Of a stretch of 64,000 nucleotides of DNA, positions 31,902-40,420 are shown one piece after another. The stretch spans positions 4,404 through 68,403 of the forward strand of contig DATLCV010000088.1 in the NCBI GenBank assembly GCA_035526225.1, given 5' to 3'. The notes under the pieces were generated by a model, which was not told the origin of the DNA, made no database searches, and was given only the letters and a program-made list of their open reading frames with translations. The DNA comes from Mycobacteriales bacterium. GTDB lineage: Bacteria > Actinomycetota > Actinomycetes > Mycobacteriales > SCTD01. The first letter of the stretch is position 1; each line of letters begins with the position of its first letter. The position numbers and the translations under genes are program-made.

Positions 31902-33772
31902 CGCGGCACCACCTCTCCCAGGTACGCCGTGACGACCTCGGGGCGGGTCACGACCTCGGCGGGCTCGCCGTCGGCGATGACGCGCCCGGCGTCCATGACG
32001 TAGAGCTCGTCCGCGGTGCCGAGGACGAGCGGCACGTTGTGCTCGATCAGGAGCACCGTGCGACCCAGCTGGTCGCGGATGTCGAGCAGCGTCCCGGCGA
32101 GGTCCTCCGCGGCCGCCGGGCTCATGCCGGCGCTCGGCTCGTCGAGCATGACGAGCTCCGGGCTGGTCACCAGGCAGCAGCCGATCTCGACGATGCGCTG
32201 CTGCCCGTGCGAGAGGCGGCCGACGGCGGTGTCGCGGAACCGCTGGAACCCCAGCCCGTCGAGGACCGAGTCGGCGCGCTCACGCAGCTCCCGCTCGTAC
32301 CAGCGGCTGGCGCCGATGCCCGTGAGGGCGCTGGCGACGCCGTAGGCCGCGCCCAGGTGCTGGGCGATGAGCAGGTTCTCGTAGACCGATTGCTGCTTTG
32401 CCAGACCGATGAGCTGGAAGGTCCTGCCCATGCCGCGGGCAGCCCGGGCGTGCGACGGGAGCGCGCTGACGTCCTCACCGAGGAAGTGCACCTGACCGCG
32501 GTCGGGCGTGAGCGCAGCCGTCACGGCGTTGAACAGCGTCGTCTTGCCGGCGCCGTTCGGGCCCATCAGCCCGACGATGGTGCCGCGGTCGACGCGCAGC
32601 GAGGCGGCATCCACCGCCTGCAGGCCGCCGAAGCGCACGCTCACGTCCCGCACCTCCAGGACCGGGACACCCCGGCGTGGCGGCTGCACCGGCGGGGCCC
32701 CTGACAGCGCGCGCAAGGACGGCAGGTGCGGGCGGGTCGGGGGCAGCGGCGGCAGCCCGCCCTTGCGCTCCAACCGCTTGTCCTTGGCCTCCCGCATCGC
32801 GCCCGCCAGGCCACTGGGGTTGCGGCTGATCGTGTACATGAGCAGCGCGCCGTTGATGACAAGGTCATAGCCGCGGATGCCTGGGCCGAAGAGCTTGATC
32901 ATGACCGACGGCAGCAGCACGGCGAAGAAGGCCGCCCCGACGACGCCCACTCGGCTGCCGAGCCCACCGATGACCACCACCACGACCAGCAGGAGCGACT
33001 GCTCGTACCGGAAGACGGTGCCGGTCACGGTGCCGTAGGCCGTGCCGAGGATCGTGCCGGCGACACCGGCCATGGCACCGGAGATGGTGAACGCCAGCAG
33101 CTTGGTGCGTGCCACGTCGATTCCGAACGACGCGGCGACGGTCTCGTCGGCACGCACCGCTTGGAAGGCCCGGCCCAGCCGGGAGCGGCACAGGTTGACG
33201 TCGAGCCACCAGACGACGACGAGCACCACCAGTGCGACGGCGAGGAAGTCCGCGTTGCTCGCGATGGCCTGCGTTCCGACGTACGGGCGGGGAACGGTCT
33301 TGCCGGCCGAGCCGCCGCCGATCTGGTCGACCCGGAACAACGACTGGTAGCCGGCATACGCGACGCCGACGGTGACGACCGCGAGGTACAACCCGCGCAG
33401 CCGCAGCGCAGGGAGCCCGACGAGGAAAGCCACGAGCGCACCCAGCACGGCCGAGGCCCCGAGCCCGACCAGCCAGGGGAGCCGTAGGTCGTTGACACCC
33501 GTGACCAGGCCGGTGGTGAAAGCGCCGACACCCACGAAGGCGTACTGGCCGAGGGAGATCTGGCCGGCGTACCCCATGAGGACGTTGAGCGACAGGCCGG
33601 CGATCGCGAAGGCGGTGGCGGCACAGAAGCGCAGGGCGTTCACGTCCGAGAGCGCCCCTGCGCGGCCCAGCACCGGGGGCAGCACGGCAACCAGGACGAG
33701 CGCGACGAGCACCCCGGGCACCGGGAGCTGCACGCGGCGCGGTGCCTGGAGCGCCAGGGCTGAGGTGGTCAT
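31898..33772 (-). CDS. fused LivM-like permease / LivG-like ATPase
   Basis: ATG at 33772 overlaps the livH stop (ATGA). The N-terminal ~340 aa are polytopic (LNVLMGYAGQISLGQ). After a Pro-rich linker comes an ABC ATPase with GPNGAGKTT, LSHGQQ and LVMLDEPSAGM. Confidence 0.88.
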   Translation of the reverse strand: MTTSALALQAPRRVQLPVPGVLVALVLVAVLPPVLGRAGALSDVNALRFCAATAFAIAGLSLNVLMGYAGQISLGQYAFVGVGAFTTGLVTGVNDLRLPWLVGLGASAVLGALVAFLVGLPALRLRGLYLAVVTVGVAYAGYQSLFRVDQIGGGSAGKTVPRPYVGTQAIASNADFLAVALVVLVVVWWLDVNLCRSRLGRAFQAVRADETVAASFGIDVARTKLLAFTISGAMAGVAGTILGTAYGTVTGTVFRYEQSLLLVVVVVIGGLGSRVGVVGAAFFAVLLPSVMIKLFGPGIRGYDLVINGALLMYTISRNPSGLAGAMREAKDKRLERKGGLPPLPPTRPHLPSLRALSGAPPVQPPRRGVPVLEVRDVSVRFGGLQAVDAASLRVDRGTIVGLMGPNGAGKTTLFNAVTAALTPDRGQVHFLGEDVSALPSHARAARGMGRTFQLIGLAKQQSVYENLLIAQHLGAAYGVASALTGIGASRWYERELRERADSVLDGLGFQRFRDTAVGRLSHGQQRIVEIGCCLVTSPELVMLDEPSAGMSPAAAEDLAGTLLDIRDQLGRTVLLIEHNVPLVLGTADELYVMDAGRVIADGEPAEVVTRPEVVTAYLGEVVPR

Positions 33773-34668
33773 GCCGACACCTCCGCGACGTGCGGTGCGG
33801 AGCCGAGCCGGGCGCGCAGCTCGGGGGCGACGGCCCGCCCCAGCAGGGCGACGAGCACGACCGCGAGCAGGAGCAGGTAGCGCTCCCCGGGCACCTCGAG
33901 CGGCAGGTACCGCTGCTCCGCGGCCTCGAGCACCCCGAGGGCCAGTGCCCCGGCGACGGCTCCCGGCAGCGACCCGAGCCCGCCGATGACGGCCGCCGCG
34001 AGACCGAAGACGAAGAACTCGCTCGCGAAGCCGGGCGTGATCAGGCCGACGGTGGGCTCGGCGAGCAGCGCCGCCAGACCGGACAGCGCCCCACCCATCC
34101 CCCACACCGCGAGGGACACCCGTGAGAGGGGGACCCCCACGAGCCGTACGGCGGCGGGGTCCTGAGCAGCAGCGAGGATGCCGAGTCCGAAGTCGGTGCG
34201 CCGGAGCAGCCTCTGAAGGCCGAACCCGAGAGCGAGCGCGACGACGATCGCGAGCACTTGGTGCGGGAACACGATGACGCCTGCGACGGAGCGCCCGCTG
34301 TCGAAGGGGTTGTCCAGCACCTTGCCGCTGTCCCCGACGTAGATGATCTCGAGCGAGACCAACGTGAGCGTCAGGCCGACGGTCGCCACGGCGGTCGAGA
34401 CAGGGTCGGAGGAGATCATGCGGCGGACGACCAGGAACTCGAAGCCGCCTCCGAGCAGCGCGGCGACGGCGACGGCGACGAGGGCTCCGAGCACCCAGGG
34501 CTGGTGGAGGTCGTGCACCACGACGTACGCCGCGAGCAAGGCCGCCGTGCCGATCTCCCCTTGGGCGAAGTTCAGCACGCCCGTGCCGCGGTGCACGAGG
34601 ACGATGCCCACCGCGAACAGCGCGTAGATGCCGCCGGCGATCAGGCCGAGGACGAGCGTCTGCCCCAT
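33769..34668 (-). CDS. livH: LivH-like ABC permease
   Basis: ATG at 34668 (MGQTLVLGLIAGGIYALFAVGIVLVHRGTGVLNFAQGE) overlaps the SBP stop by 1 nt (TGATG). Confidence 0.9.
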   Translation of the reverse strand: MGQTLVLGLIAGGIYALFAVGIVLVHRGTGVLNFAQGEIGTAALLAAYVVVHDLHQPWVLGALVAVAVAALLGGGFEFLVVRRMISSDPVSTAVATVGLTLTLVSLEIIYVGDSGKVLDNPFDSGRSVAGVIVFPHQVLAIVVALALGFGLQRLLRRTDFGLGILAAAQDPAAVRLVGVPLSRVSLAVWGMGGALSGLAALLAEPTVGLITPGFASEFFVFGLAAAVIGGLGSLPGAVAGALALGVLEAAEQRYLPLEVPGERYLLLLAVVLVALLGRAVAPELRARLGSAPHVAEVSA

Positions 34669-36143
34669 CAGGGCCGCCCGACGCAGGCGCGGCTGTTGCG
34701 CCAGTTCACCTTGCCGGACGGCGCGGTGTAGGTCTGCATGAAGTTCAGGCCCTCCGCGCCGTGGTGCCCGTCGCCGGTCGTGAAGTCGATGACGCAGGCG
34801 CTCGAGGTCGGCCGCGCGTGGTAGCCGGTGAGCACGTCGACGAACGTGTTGCGGGTGCAGTCCTTGCCGCACGCGAGCAGCTGCGCGTAGAGCGCCTTCT
34901 GCCCGGTCCAGTTCAGGAAGAGCAGGTCCCCGGCCGCCCCTGTGAGGTCGGTGCCGGACCGGTACTTCTTGTACTGCGCCTCGAACAGCCTGATGTCGTC
35001 CGCGTACGCCGAGAACGAGCCGGAGTAGTCGCCGTAGGAGTAGGCGGGGTACATCGCGACGCCGTCGAGTGGCGGGCTGAGGGCGTCGGCGCCCAGCGTC
35101 TGGGACGTCAGGTTGAAGGGGAACATCAGGTACTGCGGGTGGTAGGACTGGCGCTTCGCCTGCACGATGAACTCGGTGGAGTTCAGGGCGTTCTCCCAGA
35201 GGAAGACGACCTCTGCCCCGGCGTTCTTCATGTCCAGGATGTCCTGCGTGTAGTTGTGCTTCTTGTCAGGGACGAGGTTGTCCTTCACGACCGACACCCC
35301 CGCGGCGGATAGCATGCGGCGGAACTCCGCGGCGCCGGGCTTCCAGTTGGCGCTGTCACGCTCGACCACGCCGACCTTCTTGCCGCTGTACCTGGACAGG
35401 TAGAGCTGACCGAAGCCCTCACCCATGCGCTCCACGCTCGGGAGCTCGGTGAAGCTGTACTGCAGCCCCTCGCTGCCCTTCACGGTCGCCGTGTGGTGCA
35501 GGTACAGCTGGTGGTTGGTCTCGGCCCAGTTGCGGACGGTCGGGATCTGGTCGAACCCGATGCCGCCGAGGAGCATGAAGATGCCCTTGCGCTTGCAGGC
35601 CGTCGCCGCCTCCACCGCGGTGTTGGGGTCGTAGTTGTCGTTCTCGTAGGTCACGGTGACCTCGCGGCCGTAGATCCCGCCCTTCTCCTCGTTGATCGCG
35701 TCCCAGAAGACGTTGAAGTCGTCGGCCGTGGTCTGGAAGACCGAGCCGTAGGTGAGGGCGGCGTGCGCGCACATGGTGATCGAGGTGGGCGTGATGCCGA
35801 GGCGGTCCTCTGCGTCGCTGAACAGGTGGCTGGTGGTGCCCCCCGTCGTCCCACCCGTCGTGCCACCCGTCCCGGCGGTGGTCCCGCCCGTCGAGCTCCC
35901 CGTCGTACCGGTGGTGGTGCCTGCGGTGGTGGTGCCGGGGACGCCGCCCGAGGTCGCGCCGGTGGGCGTGGTGCCCGGGGCGACCGGCCCGCCTGTCGGG
36001 AGCGTCCCGGCCGTGGCCGTCGGCGTCCCGCCCACCCCGTCCGGACCGAAGGAGAGGGTGTCAGGCTCCGGGGCGGCGGAGCAGGCGGCGAGTGCGCCGC
36101 CGATCACGAGCCCGGCGAGCAGGCGGGTCGTCGTGCGGGACAT
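34668..36143 (-). CDS. LivK-type (type I periplasmic binding fold) ABC substrate-binding lipoprotein with long Thr/Gly-rich tether
   Basis: GGGAG lies 5 nt before ATG 36143. The lipobox is LAGLVIGGALAAC. An ~80-aa Thr/Gly/Pro linker precedes a LivK-like domain (GKKVGVVERDSANWKPGAAEFRRMLSAAGV). Confidence 0.85.
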   Translation of the reverse strand: MSRTTTRLLAGLVIGGALAACSAAPEPDTLSFGPDGVGGTPTATAGTLPTGGPVAPGTTPTGATSGGVPGTTTAGTTTGTTGSSTGGTTAGTGGTTGGTTGGTTSHLFSDAEDRLGITPTSITMCAHAALTYGSVFQTTADDFNVFWDAINEEKGGIYGREVTVTYENDNYDPNTAVEAATACKRKGIFMLLGGIGFDQIPTVRNWAETNHQLYLHHTATVKGSEGLQYSFTELPSVERMGEGFGQLYLSRYSGKKVGVVERDSANWKPGAAEFRRMLSAAGVSVVKDNLVPDKKHNYTQDILDMKNAGAEVVFLWENALNSTEFIVQAKRQSYHPQYLMFPFNLTSQTLGADALSPPLDGVAMYPAYSYGDYSGSFSAYADDIRLFEAQYKKYRSGTDLTGAAGDLLFLNWTGQKALYAQLLACGKDCTRNTFVDVLTGYHARPTSSACVIDFTTGDGHHGAEGLNFMQTYTAPSGKVNWRNSRACVGRP

Positions 36144-36229
36144 GGGGCTCCCAGGGCTGGTGCGAGTGCGGCCGGTGCTGTGAAGTACGCCACAGATCCG
36201 GTGGGCACCTGCACAGCGGGCCCGTGAAT

Positions 36230-36258
36230 CTCACAAAAGTTTCTTGTGAGTCTCACAA
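36230..36258. promoter_or_regulatory. operator-like motif: CTCACAA-N7-TTGTGAG perfect inverted repeat plus a third CTCACAA half-site
   Basis: The sequence gaatCTCACAAaagtttcTTGTGAGtCTCACAAcaaac is the lowest-GC patch of the 126-nt spacer. That spacer lies between the EAL gene stop (36270) and the ABC SBP gene start (36143). Confidence 0.4.
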
Positions 36259-36269
36259 CAAACGCGGGG

Positions 36270-38948
36270 TCAGCGCGGGAGGCTGATGCTGGGGTACTGG
36301 TGTTCGGCGATGACGAGCGCCACAGACTGCGCGCTCCAGCGCATCCCTCGGCTCGTGCGGTGACCAGCGGCGTTCACCGCGGCAGCGATCGTGTGCAGGC
36401 TCGCCGCTTCCGCGTGCAGCTGCAGGATGATGGTGACGGCCGGCCCGGTCTCCCGCGACTCGGACGACCGGCGCGGGGAGGTGCCCGGTCGCTCGTGCAG
36501 CCAGCCGAGCAGCCGGTCGATGGGGAGCGGCCGGCTGAACAGGAAGCCCTGCGCCTGGTCGCAGCCCATGCGGGTCAGCAAGGTGAGCTGGCTCATCGTC
36601 TCGACGCCCTCGGCGACGGCGTCGATGCCCATCGTGCGGGCGAGAGACACGGTGGAGGCGACGATCGCCGAGTCGTTGGGGCTGGTGCCCAGCCCGCTCA
36701 CGAAGCTCCGGTCGATCTTGAGCTTGTCGACCGGGAAGTGCTTGAGGTACAGCAGGGAGGAGTAGCCGGTCCCGAAGTCGTCCAGGGCCAGCTGGACCCC
36801 GAGCTCCTTGAGCTTGACCATCGTCGCCACGGCCAGCTCCATGTCCGCCAGCAGCGCCGTCTCGGTCACCTCCAGCACCAGGGCGGAGGGCGCGCAGGAG
36901 CTGTGCTCCAAGGCCTCGGTCACGTGGTCGACGAGGTGCGGGTCCGCCAGCTGGCGCGCCGACAGGTTGACCGCCACGCTGGCGATGCCCCCGACACGAG
37001 CGACGAGCTCGCAGGCCACGCGCGTGGCCTGGCCGAGCACCCAGCGGCCCAGTGGACCGATCAGCCCGGTGCGCTCGGCCATCTCGATGAACTCGTACGG
37101 CGGCAGGAGCCCGCGCTCCGGGTGCTGCCAGCGCACCAGCGCCTCGAGGCTGATCACGGTGTCGTCCGCGAGCGAGACGATCGGCTGGAAGTGCAGCAGC
37201 AGCTGGTCCGTGGCGAGCGCGGTCTGCAGCTCACGGGCGAGGCCCGGGCCGCCCGCGGTGCGGTCCCGCTGCGGGTCGTACCAAGCGAACCGGTCGCGCC
37301 CGGTGGACTTCGCGGCGCGCAGGGCCGTGTGCGCCGCGGGCAGCAGGTCGCGGCCGGCAGTGCTCTCGGTGCTTGCCAGCCCGGCGCACATGCTCAGCTC
37401 GACGTCACCGCCGCCACTGGCGCTGAAGGGCTCACGGGCAGCAGCGAGGAGCCGGCTCGTGAGCTCCTCGATGTTCCTGGGCGCATCCGGCCCCTCGAGG
37501 ACCACGAGGAACTCGTCGGCGTGCCAACGCCCGACAACCGCTGTCCCCCGCTCCCCTTCGAGTCGCTCACCGAGGGCTCGCAGCACGCTGTCGCCGACGT
37601 CCGCGCCGTAGGTCTCGTTGACCGCGGCGAACCCGTCGACGTTCAGGACCGCCACGGCACGCGCCCCCTCGGCGGGGAAGCGGGCCAGCAAGCGCTTCTG
37701 CAGCGCGCGACGCCCCGGCAGACCGGTGACCTCGTCCCGGTCGAGGAACTCGAGCAGGGGCTCAGGCACGGACGGCACGGTCCCCTGTGCGTCCTCGGGC
37801 TCCCCGCCAAGGGCGAGCCAGCTCGTCGCGTCCTGGGCGATGATCACGCCACCGCTCATGCTGCCGTCCCCGCCCCGGTAGGGACGGAAGTGCAGCTGCC
37901 AGATCCGGTCGCCGTACTCGGTGACGACGTCCGTGGCGCTACCGCTCAGACAGCGCAGCGTGCCGGTCCGCACGTCGGCGTTGTCGCCGTACAGCTCGAG
38001 CAGGTTCTCGCCCAGGGTCGTCGCCGGGTCGATGCCCAGCAGCGCGTAGCCCGACCCCGCGGCGTGCGTGATCATGCCCTCGGCGTCGAAGCTCGTGACG
38101 GCCATGGGGGCGGCCGCCAGCACCTCGCTGAGCCGTTCCTCGACCCGTTGCTCGGCGGTCACGTCGACGGCCGTGAGGAAGCCCGTGCGCAGCGGCACCC
38201 CGCCCGGCACGGCCTCCTCGACGAGCACTCCGACGTGGCACTGCCAGAGCTGGCCGCGGAACCAGACCTGCAGGTCGCTGGGCGCGCCACCCGACAGGAC
38301 TTCCTGCACTGCCTGGTGCAGGGCGCTCCCAGGAGCCAGCTCCTCGCTCAGGGGAAAGCCGACGGCGAGGGGCGCATCGGCATCGACCGCTCCCCCCGCG
38401 ACGTACGTCACGGTGCCGAGGTCGTCGAAGCAGGCGACCGTCACCGGCATGGCCTCCAGCAGCCGCGCCAGCCGCGCCTCGAGCCGCTGCCGCTCGGTCG
38501 GGTCGCGCAGGATGGCAACTCCCCCCACGAACGCGCCCTCGGACCAGAGCGCCGCCGGGTGCGTGAGCACCGGGTGCCTGCTTCCGTCCCGGTTCAAGCG
38601 GACCGACTCGTAGGGCTCCACAGAGTCCCCGTCGCGCAGCCGCTCGAACACTTCGTGGAAGACGCCGTGCCGCTCCTTCGGAATCGCGTCCAGGATGCTG
38701 CGGCCCAGCTGCTCCTCACGTGACCAGCCGAACATCGCGACCGCCGCCGGGTTCCACTCCGTGATTCGCAAGGTGGTGTCGATCGCGACGACGGCGTCCG
38801 GGACGTGCGCCAGCAGGAGCTCCAGACGGCTCGACCGCTCGGAGCAACCGTCGTCACCGCCTCCTGACGGGCGCGAGGAGCTCACGGCTGTGTTCTGTCC
38901 GGTGGGAACTAGTCGAACCCTGCGGAGCAGGCTCGAGCAGCCCATCAC
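36270..38948 (-). CDS. PAS x3 - degenerate GGDEF - EAL phosphodiesterase with C-terminal recombinase-type HTH
   Basis: Three PAS-like segments are followed by a GGDEF domain whose signature reads HADEF. The EAL domain is intact (EALVRW, DDFGTGYSSL, EGVET). The last ~57 aa read IILQLHAEAASLHTIAAAVNAAGHRTSRGMRWSAQSV. The start overlaps the upstream stop (GTGATG). Confidence 0.9.
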   Translation of the reverse strand: MMGCSSLLRRVRLVPTGQNTAVSSSRPSGGGDDGCSERSSRLELLLAHVPDAVVAIDTTLRITEWNPAAVAMFGWSREEQLGRSILDAIPKERHGVFHEVFERLRDGDSVEPYESVRLNRDGSRHPVLTHPAALWSEGAFVGGVAILRDPTERQRLEARLARLLEAMPVTVACFDDLGTVTYVAGGAVDADAPLAVGFPLSEELAPGSALHQAVQEVLSGGAPSDLQVWFRGQLWQCHVGVLVEEAVPGGVPLRTGFLTAVDVTAEQRVEERLSEVLAAAPMAVTSFDAEGMITHAAGSGYALLGIDPATTLGENLLELYGDNADVRTGTLRCLSGSATDVVTEYGDRIWQLHFRPYRGGDGSMSGGVIIAQDATSWLALGGEPEDAQGTVPSVPEPLLEFLDRDEVTGLPGRRALQKRLLARFPAEGARAVAVLNVDGFAAVNETYGADVGDSVLRALGERLEGERGTAVVGRWHADEFLVVLEGPDAPRNIEELTSRLLAAAREPFSASGGGDVELSMCAGLASTESTAGRDLLPAAHTALRAAKSTGRDRFAWYDPQRDRTAGGPGLARELQTALATDQLLLHFQPIVSLADDTVISLEALVRWQHPERGLLPPYEFIEMAERTGLIGPLGRWVLGQATRVACELVARVGGIASVAVNLSARQLADPHLVDHVTEALEHSSCAPSALVLEVTETALLADMELAVATMVKLKELGVQLALDDFGTGYSSLLYLKHFPVDKLKIDRSFVSGLGTSPNDSAIVASTVSLARTMGIDAVAEGVETMSQLTLLTRMGCDQAQGFLFSRPLPIDRLLGWLHERPGTSPRRSSESRETGPAVTIILQLHAEAASLHTIAAAVNAAGHRTSRGMRWSAQSVALVIAEHQYPSISLPR

Positions 38949-40420
38949 CTGCGCGCCGAGATCTCCCCGGATGCACGTGGGAGGAACGGCTCGCTCGTCG
39001 AGGAAGTCAGCGAGCTGAGGACCACGAGCGCCTCGGGGACGGAGCCGCTCTTCACCCGGTACATGGCCATGTCGGCCTCGCGAAGCAGGTCGTCGGCACG
39101 GGCGGGGTCACGCAGCACCGCGGCTCCGACGCTGATCCGGGGCTCGAGGGTGTGCGCGCCCAAGGTCAGGGGCTGCTGGACGCAGCTGCGCAGCCGCGTC
39201 ACCACCTCCTGCACCTCGGCGACGTCCGTGCCCTCGAGGACGACCGCGAACTCGTCGCCGCCGAGCCGTGCGACGAAGTCGTCCTCCCGCGTCACCGAGC
39301 GCAGCCGCGCAGCCACGGCAGCGAGGAGCTGGTCACCCACGTTGTGGCCGAAGGCGTCGTTGACGCCCTTGAAGCCGTCCAGGTCGCAGTAGAGCACCGC
39401 CAGGGGCTGCCGGGTGCGCCGTTGGCGCGCGAGCGCGGCGTCGAACCGGTAGGCGAACAACCGTCGCTGCGCCAGCCCGGTGAGCGGGTCGTGGAGCCGC
39501 TCGTCGGCGAGCCTGCGCAGCGCCTGCTGCCGGGAGTGGTTCAGACCCGCGAGCAGGAGGACCACGACGGTGAGCAGGACGATCAGGAACAGGGCGTCGC
39601 GCTGGTTCCGGGACTGCGCGCCACCGGAGAACGCTTGGGTCCCCTGGAGGGTCACCGTGGTCCACCCGTGGCCGGCCGAGGCGTACGAGACCACCTGCTC
39701 CGCCCCGCCACGCCGGGCGTCGAGGATGCCGGTGGCACCGGAGGTGACGACCGCGGGCAGGCCACGGAGACGGGTGCCGACGGCGGAGGTCTTGCTGGAG
39801 GCAGCGACAACCCGCTCAGGGTCGAGCACGTAGGTCGCGGAGTCGGCACCGAGGTGGATGGTCGTGTCGTACTCCTGCAGCGGCCACTCACGGGCGTCGG
39901 CGTAGGAGGTGAGCAGCGCGACGACGGCGCCGTCCTGCACGACCGGTACGGCGAAGGCGACGAGCGCCCGGTCACCTGCCCGCAGGACGGACGACAGCCC
40001 CGGCTTGCCGGCCGCGAGCGCCGCCCGCAGCGGGGTGAAACCGGGGTCGGTCGGGGAGGGGAGCTCCTCGCGTGCCCAGCCGTTCAGCGGCCGGCCGGTG
40101 GTCGACGTGAGCGTGGCACCGTAGGTCGCGAGGTGGGACGTCTCGGCGATGCGCCGCAGACCGGCCCGGTCAGCCGGATCGCCCGGGCGCAGGCTCCAGC
40201 GAACCGTGGCCCCGGCACGTTGGGTGTCCAGGAACACGAACTGCAGGTACTGGCTGGTCAGCCCGCTGAGGGTCTGCTCCATCCGCACCCGGTCAGCGCG
40301 CTTGGCCGCGTCGACGTGCTTGGCGTTCGTGAGGTGCCCCCAGGCCGCGACGACGCCGAGCCCCACGACCAGGGCGACGCTGAGGAGCAGCGGGAGCATC
40401 TTGCGCGCGACGTTGAGCAT
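38945..40420 (-). CDS. membrane sensor diguanylate cyclase (periplasmic sensor domain + GGDEF)
   Basis: ATG at 40420 (MLNVARKMLPLLLSVALVV). Two TM helices flank a ~270-aa extracytoplasmic domain. The GGDEF is canonical and has an RxxD I-site (REDDFVARLGGDEF). Confidence 0.9.
   Translation of the reverse strand: MLNVARKMLPLLLSVALVVGLGVVAAWGHLTNAKHVDAAKRADRVRMEQTLSGLTSQYLQFVFLDTQRAGATVRWSLRPGDPADRAGLRRIAETSHLATYGATLTSTTGRPLNGWAREELPSPTDPGFTPLRAALAAGKPGLSSVLRAGDRALVAFAVPVVQDGAVVALLTSYADAREWPLQEYDTTIHLGADSATYVLDPERVVAASSKTSAVGTRLRGLPAVVTSGATGILDARRGGAEQVVSYASAGHGWTTVTLQGTQAFSGGAQSRNQRDALFLIVLLTVVVLLLAGLNHSRQQALRRLADERLHDPLTGLAQRRLFAYRFDAALARQRRTRQPLAVLYCDLDGFKGVNDAFGHNVGDQLLAAVAARLRSVTREDDFVARLGGDEFAVVLEGTDVAEVQEVVTRLRSCVQQPLTLGAHTLEPRISVGAAVLRDPARADDLLREADMAMYRVKSGSVPEALVVLSSLTSSTSEPFLPRASGEISARR

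Noticed and set aside
36246-38723. 825-aa ORF on the plus strand
   Set aside because: It is antisense to the PAS-GGDEF-EAL gene, whose EAL and PAS motifs are unambiguous.
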